Source of the DNA: Octopus bimaculoides
Taxonomy: Eukaryota
Length of the DNA: 39,062 nt
NCBI RefSeq assembly: GCF_001194135.2
Contig: NC_068981.1
Location: 17,354,787 to 17,393,848 of the forward strand
Reading direction: 5' to 3'
The notes below the pieces were generated by a model, which was not told the origin of the DNA, did no database searches, and worked only from the letters and a program-made list of their open reading frames with translations. Shown one piece after another: positions 32,948 to 39,062 of this stretch (positions are counted from its first letter, which is position 1; every line of letters starts with the position of its first letter). The position numbers and the translations under genes were made by a program.

Positions 32948-33324
32948 TGGCACTCCGTCGGTTCCGACGTCGAGGGTTCCAGTTGATCCGATCAACGGAA
33001 CAGCCTGCTCGTGAAATTAACGTGCAAGTGGCTGAGCACTCCACAGACACGTGCACCCTTAACGTTGTTCTCGGGGAGATTCAACGTGACACAGTGTAGC
33101 AAGGCTGACCCTTTGAATTACAGGCACAACAGAAACAGGAAGTAAGAGCGAGAGAAAGTTGTGGTGAAAGAGTACAGCAGGGTTCGCCACCATCCCCTGT
33201 CGGAGCCTCGTGGAACTTTAGGTGTTTTCGCTCAATAAACACTCACAACGCCCGGTTTGGGAATCGAAACCACGATCCTACGACCGCGAGTCCGCTCCCC
33301 TAACCACTGGGCCATTGTGCATCC
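32948..33324 (-). mobile_element. Full-length family-B SINE with a TSD of about 9-12 bp, (TCC)TCATAAATA (32932-32943 / 33322-33333)
   Basis: Near-identical to 5370-5743. Confidence 0.95.
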
Positions 33325-33814
33325 TCATAAATATAAACCTCACTGAATCACCACTTAAATTTGTTTATTTAGTATCTCGCAATTTTGCTGGTATATGTTA
33401 TTAATATATTGGAGAAAACTTTCACCAGAAATTACCTCGGGAAATTTTAGATATAGTGAGGTTCTTTCATATATAACAGCGTTATGTATAAGAAAACCTT
33501 ACATGAACATCTACGATTATTGTTTGAATTAGAGTCACTTCTAATTGTATGAAATAATGATATCTCGATGAAAGTTGTAACATTTTTGGAAAGTACGTCC
33601 GATCGAATCTTGTGTGGTACTTATTTAATCAAACGAGGAAAGACGAAGTTATGCAACTTGCACTCACAATGTTAGGGATGGATAGACACAATGTGTAAAT
33701 GATAAGTGAATAGAAAAACGTTTTTAAACTTTACTATTTCTAAGATTAAATAAGGTTTAAGACGGATTTAGAGAAACAGCTGTAGTGGATTTAATCAATA
33801 ACGTAACGTTTTGA

Positions 33815-33955
33815 CAGCTATTTATTTTAGGACACAGAATGAAAGATGAAGTTGACTTTGGCGGGATTGGAACTCTGAACGTAAAAAAGAGCGTAACTAA
33901 ATACCGTAAAATTTTTCACTCACTGCACTCACAAATCCTGCATCCCACTGCCATA
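33815..33955 (-). mobile_element. Family-D SINE, old copy
   Basis: GAATGAAAGATGAAGTTGACTTTGGCGGGATTGGAACTCTGAACG is the reverse complement of the family-D B-box and core. Confidence 0.65.
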
Positions 33956-34529
33956 CCAATCCTACCATCCTTCGCCATGAATCAAACGAAAAATAATAGC
34001 AAAATAAAATAGAACAAGTATGTAGTGATGTGAAAATACGATGGTTGATGGGGAAAAACCGTTCATGTAACTCCAGTTGACGGTAAAGAGTCGGCCATTA
34101 GTCACTGCAGTGATTCTACAGTTATTTCATCGTTTGATATTCATCAAATATGACAGTGTTCAGTATCTTGCCGTGTAGTTTACACCCCGACCAGCAAATC
34201 TAAGGTCATTTAGCCACTGCCACCACCACCACCACTGTCACCGCTATCGCCATCAGCATTACCAAACGCATCACCACCACCACCACGCCGTGAGTACTTA
34301 GCTGGGTAGCGAGGAGAATGGTTGAATACTTAACTATCGATATTTACATCACACTAATGCAATTAGCGGAACGCTGCATTTTGTGAATTCGGAATCACAC
34401 GGCTGTCGTTCACACGTACACCAGTTCCAAACTGGCGGATTACATGAATTATATATGAGGACCAGAGCACGTAGAAGCAGGAAAGCTTATTTGGAATTGA
34501 AATGAGAATGCCAGTTTCCGAATAGCTTA

Positions 34530-34790
34530 CTACCTCAACAACAACAACAACAACAACAACAGCAACAATTACTACTACTACTACTACTACTACTACTGCT
34601 GCTGTTGCTGCAACTACGACTACTATCATTAACTACAGTAACCAACCCGATTCACATCGCCACCGCCAACGCTATTGTCACTACCACTACCACCACAAAC
34701 CATACTAACGCTTCTCCTACCACAACCACTACTTACAACTACTACTACTACAACTACTGCTACTACTACTATTGTAGATCACCAACGTAA

Positions 34791-34854
<64 letters not shown>

Positions 34855-34977
34855 GTGGACGGGAACCAATCCGATTCATGCTACCACCAGTCATACTATT
34901 CTGACTACTACCACCACCAGCACCACCACCACAACCAATATCACTAGTGCCACCACTACTTCTCTTATTTACTGCAG

Positions 34978-35012
<35 letters not shown>

Positions 35013-35015
35013 GCT
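34530..35015. repeat. Trinucleotide low-complexity block: (CAA)n, (CTA)n, (TAA)n, (CCA)n
   Basis: Direct read. Confidence 0.9.
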
Positions 35016-35253
35016 ACTATCATTTGCAAGATGTCAGTTGTTGCCGTGACGAAAATTCAGTTAACTGTATCTAGATCTTAGAACATGTAACAAAAGAGAA
35101 CAAGATTCTAAAAATTCCAGAATATTCTTCTTATATATTTTTAGACAGACATACAACCACACACACGCACACGCAAACATATATATATATATATATATAT
35201 GTCCTTTTGGCATCTTTTAAGTTTTTGTTACACAAAAAACAAAACGTGCACAC

Positions 35254-35287
<34 letters not shown>

Positions 35288-36045
35288 TTTGTTCTTATAT
35301 ATATATATATTGTTCTTTATACATATATGCATATATATATGTATACGTGTGTGTGTGTGTATCTTTTTGTTCTTTTTTCTGGTTCTGTAGTACAAAAACC
35401 TAAAAGAGTCGAACAGAACTTTTTCTTAGATGTGTGGAGAGTGATTTTTTTTTGGCTTCTTTAACTAACAAATGAGCCGCCATAGTTTCCCGCTAATATC
35501 TAGGAATTTGGAGATAGCGATCTTCAGCATAGCCTGAGAAGACACTGAATACACAGACACAGACAGACACACAGACAGACACACATGGATGTGTCGAGTC
35601 GATTCGTAGACTCGTTGCAGAGACGGACAAATGCGTTGTAGTGTTCCCGCTCTTTATGTCTCAATTCAGATAGTCCTACTGTCAACAGTCCCTTTCATCA
35701 TTCCAACATTGCTGCATAAACTGCAAGTCGATTAATGGAGTCAGTTTCTCTCCATTTCTCTCTCTATCTCTTTATATATATGTTCAAGTATCATCATAGC
35801 ATGAAACTATTAGCAGCGCTTAAGAGTGGGTATTTAATTTTATATATATATAAAGTTAAAATAAGCAGCAAGGATGGCTAAGTCAAAATGGTTTTTTGTA
35901 TTCTTCCTTTCTACTTGGAGAGTTTAGATGTAGTTATAAAAATATGTCCCTCTGTTTAAATGTAATTTCATTAAATTTCTATATCTTTGTGCAGCTGAGG
36001 ATTGCTCTGCATTTTATATTTGATGTAATGTTCACAATACAGTTG

Positions 36046-36819
36046 TCGGCAATACAGTGGTTCCAGCGTTCCTGTTACTTTCGGAATCAGGCCTGTAACT
36101 CGTTTTCCAGCGAGTCGAGGACTTTCTGCAATTCGCTCTGGATCTCGACAACGATGTTAAAACGGCGACCTTTGAGCTGCATTTTCCTCTTGGGGAAGAG
36201 ATGGACGTCCGCAGGTGCTAAATCTGGCAAATAGGGCGGGTACAGAAACGATAACATGTTGTTATGAGCGAGAAAATCACGAGTGAGGAGACGTCGGTGA
36301 GGAATCTAATTCTTCGTACTCCACAGATCCGGTCGCTTTCGCCGAATGTCCTCCATCAAACGCTTCGAAACGTTGCACTAGAACACTCGATCGATGGTTT
36401 GGCCCTGGCCGACGAATTCTCGATGCCCAATACCACATTTCCGGGGGTGACGCTTGTAACAGGTCTTCTAGATCGCTCATTGTCTTCCAGGGACGTTCCC
36501 CCGCTTTTGTAGCGCCCGTGTCACTCGAAACATGGCGTATGACTCATTGCTTCATCACTCTATGCTTATTGAAGCATGCACAATGCCTCTGTAGCAGACT
36601 TCCCAAGTTTAACACAAATTTCACGTTGGCTCTTGGTTCCTGTCCAGCATACACGTGATCACAAAAACACAAATTTCACAAATTGCGAAGTAAACAGTAA
36701 TGTAACTCGGCACACTGCCTCAGGAAGGTTACTGCTAGCTCTCTCTGCGCACGCAACCGTGCACTGCCATCTGTTGGCGCGATACAGAACTAGTCCGGGA
36801 ACTTTTTGATACCTCCTCG
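36046..36819 (-). mobile_element. Internally deleted mariner transposase relic with one TIR
   Basis: TIR-like CGAGGAGGTATCAAAAAGTTCCCGGACT (36792-36819, -); N-terminus LEPRANVKF..KLGKSATE...SLEDNERSRRP; C-terminus KRLMEDIRRKRPDLW...PPYLPDLAPAD.HLFPK...LKGRRF...RWNHCI (YSPDLAPxD signature). Confidence 0.92.
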
Positions 36820-36834
36820 AATATGTATGTATGC

Positions 36835-36879
<45 letters not shown>

Positions 36880-36881
<2 letters not shown>

Positions 36882-37165
36882 CATTTATTTTATTAGCCAC
36901 GAAGATGGGACAAATACAATGTAGAGCTTTTCTTTTTGGGAGGGGGAAGGGGAAAAAAGTAGGGGTGTGTTGATCAAAAGGGATCGTAGGAAAGGAAAAA
37001 GGAGGGAGTTCGATCAAAAGTGATCGAGAAAAAAAAAGAAAAAAGCGATCAATAGGGATCGTGTATCACAGTAATGTTCTCGTGTAAAAAGAGGGGAGGA
37101 CAGTTTAGGTTTAGCCGTGGAAAGAAAAGCCTACGGAAAAGACCACGGTAACCTTGGTCAATATT
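36880..37165 (-). mobile_element. Possible LINE 3' UTR ending in AATAAA plus a (TCTA)n tail
   Basis: Minus strand pyrimidine-rich tract ends GCTAATAAAATAAATGT directly before the (GATA)n run at 36836-36880; no coding part seen. Confidence 0.4.
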
Positions 37166-37980
37166 GTCATTGGGATCTTCAGACAAGGACTAAACTATTC
37201 TCTTCTGCCATTACACACACACACACACACACACATACATATATACATACATACATACATACATATATACATAAATAGAGAAGCACATATGTATACATAA
37301 TTATTCATGTAGGTATATTAAGTATGTTTATTTGCAAACAGCGCTGTAATCGTTTAATAAGCATTTGTTTACCCTTGCTTTAGAAAACAATCTCATTGTA
37401 AAACTGCAGGGCTTCCATTAATTAATTAATTTGAAAGATCAGCTGATTTGTTTCCAGCTTTCATTAAATCTCAATTAGGATTTTCCTTATTCTTCCTAAC
37501 GCAACTTCGAAAATATATAGTGAGACCACCCATGAACAATCTAAACAAGATCAGTCAAAGCTAGACCTCGTTTTCATAGCGAATTAAAGCAAACCGCGTA
37601 TTTACGAGTAAATTTATTAATAAATTTACAATCATATGTTTAATAAATCTGAAATTTAATCTCAAAACTTGCAATGTTTGTTCCCCCAATTAATTAATAT
37701 ACGCAGCCAAATCTACAACGCTATGTAATAAATTAGGACTGTAAACTCAGATCGTGCAGCAGATATATGATGAGAAATATTTCTTCCGCGACCATCCCGT
37801 TTCTCCCCAGATACAGAGCACACCAGACGGCATTACCCAATGTGATAGATTCCAAAACAGGTAGGGTGTAATTAGTAAAACAATTTGCCTGCTATTTCTA
37901 GCTGCTTCATTGACCACGTAGAGGCTTCTTGATTGGCTTGCCATGCGTCTGGTTATAGCGTGATAGCATTAATGATTGTT

Positions 37981-38855
<875 letters not shown>

Positions 38856-39062
38856 ACAGAGTTCCTGCGATTAATGGTAAAGACGGAGAGGGAGAGAGAA
38901 GAGCTAAGTGTAAAGATCGAACCTCTACCACACCACATAAACTGCCCACCCCCACTCCCCATCTCACACACACACACACACCCCAACACCCACAACCCCC
39001 CAACAAACCCTCCAGCACTCCTAAACTCACGCAACTACCCCCACGTTCCCACAGTTCTACTC

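Noticed and set aside
35021-35065. AAGAT GTCA-loop-TGAC GAA AATT C/AG, resembling the 3' two-thirds of a minimal hammerhead
   Set aside because: The 5' core reads UUGCAAGA and stem I does not pair. It could be a decayed copy but cannot be supported from one instance.

Overview
AT-rich, repeat-saturated eukaryotic non-coding DNA. The SINE and microsatellite content looks like an octopus (coleoid cephalopod) draft genome; this is inference from repeat style, not a database hit. About 4.9 kb is N gap: 796-1568, 2180-2189, 3387-3544, 5055-5159, 7904-8719, 20915-21575, 22200-22501, 24011-24651, 29091-29953, 30671-31049 and 31993-32183. No intact protein-coding, rRNA or tRNA gene could be supported. 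Nearly all listed ORFs are microsatellite or N read-throughs. The window holds about 25 tRNA-headed SINE copies in four families (labelled A-D here), decayed Penelope-like element (PLE, GIY-YIG) 3' ends, CR1-like and other APE-type LINE fragments, two RLE-type LINE relics, two mariner relics and many microsatellites. The main signals are: (1) short, microsatellite-flanked PLE-type repeats carrying minimal type-I hammerhead ribozyme folds on the minus strand. One is canonical (19100-19137), one has a compensatory G3:C8 core swap (19397-19446), and one A6U variant recurs in two copies (31613-31648, 7747-7753). (2) A CR1-like LINE 3' end that matches the family-A SINE tail, with a covarying stem-loop. 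(3) Unusual insertion footprints: a 65-bp or longer TSD, and stacked SINEs with overlapping 16/17-bp TSDs. Family boundaries are approximate (about 10-20 bp).
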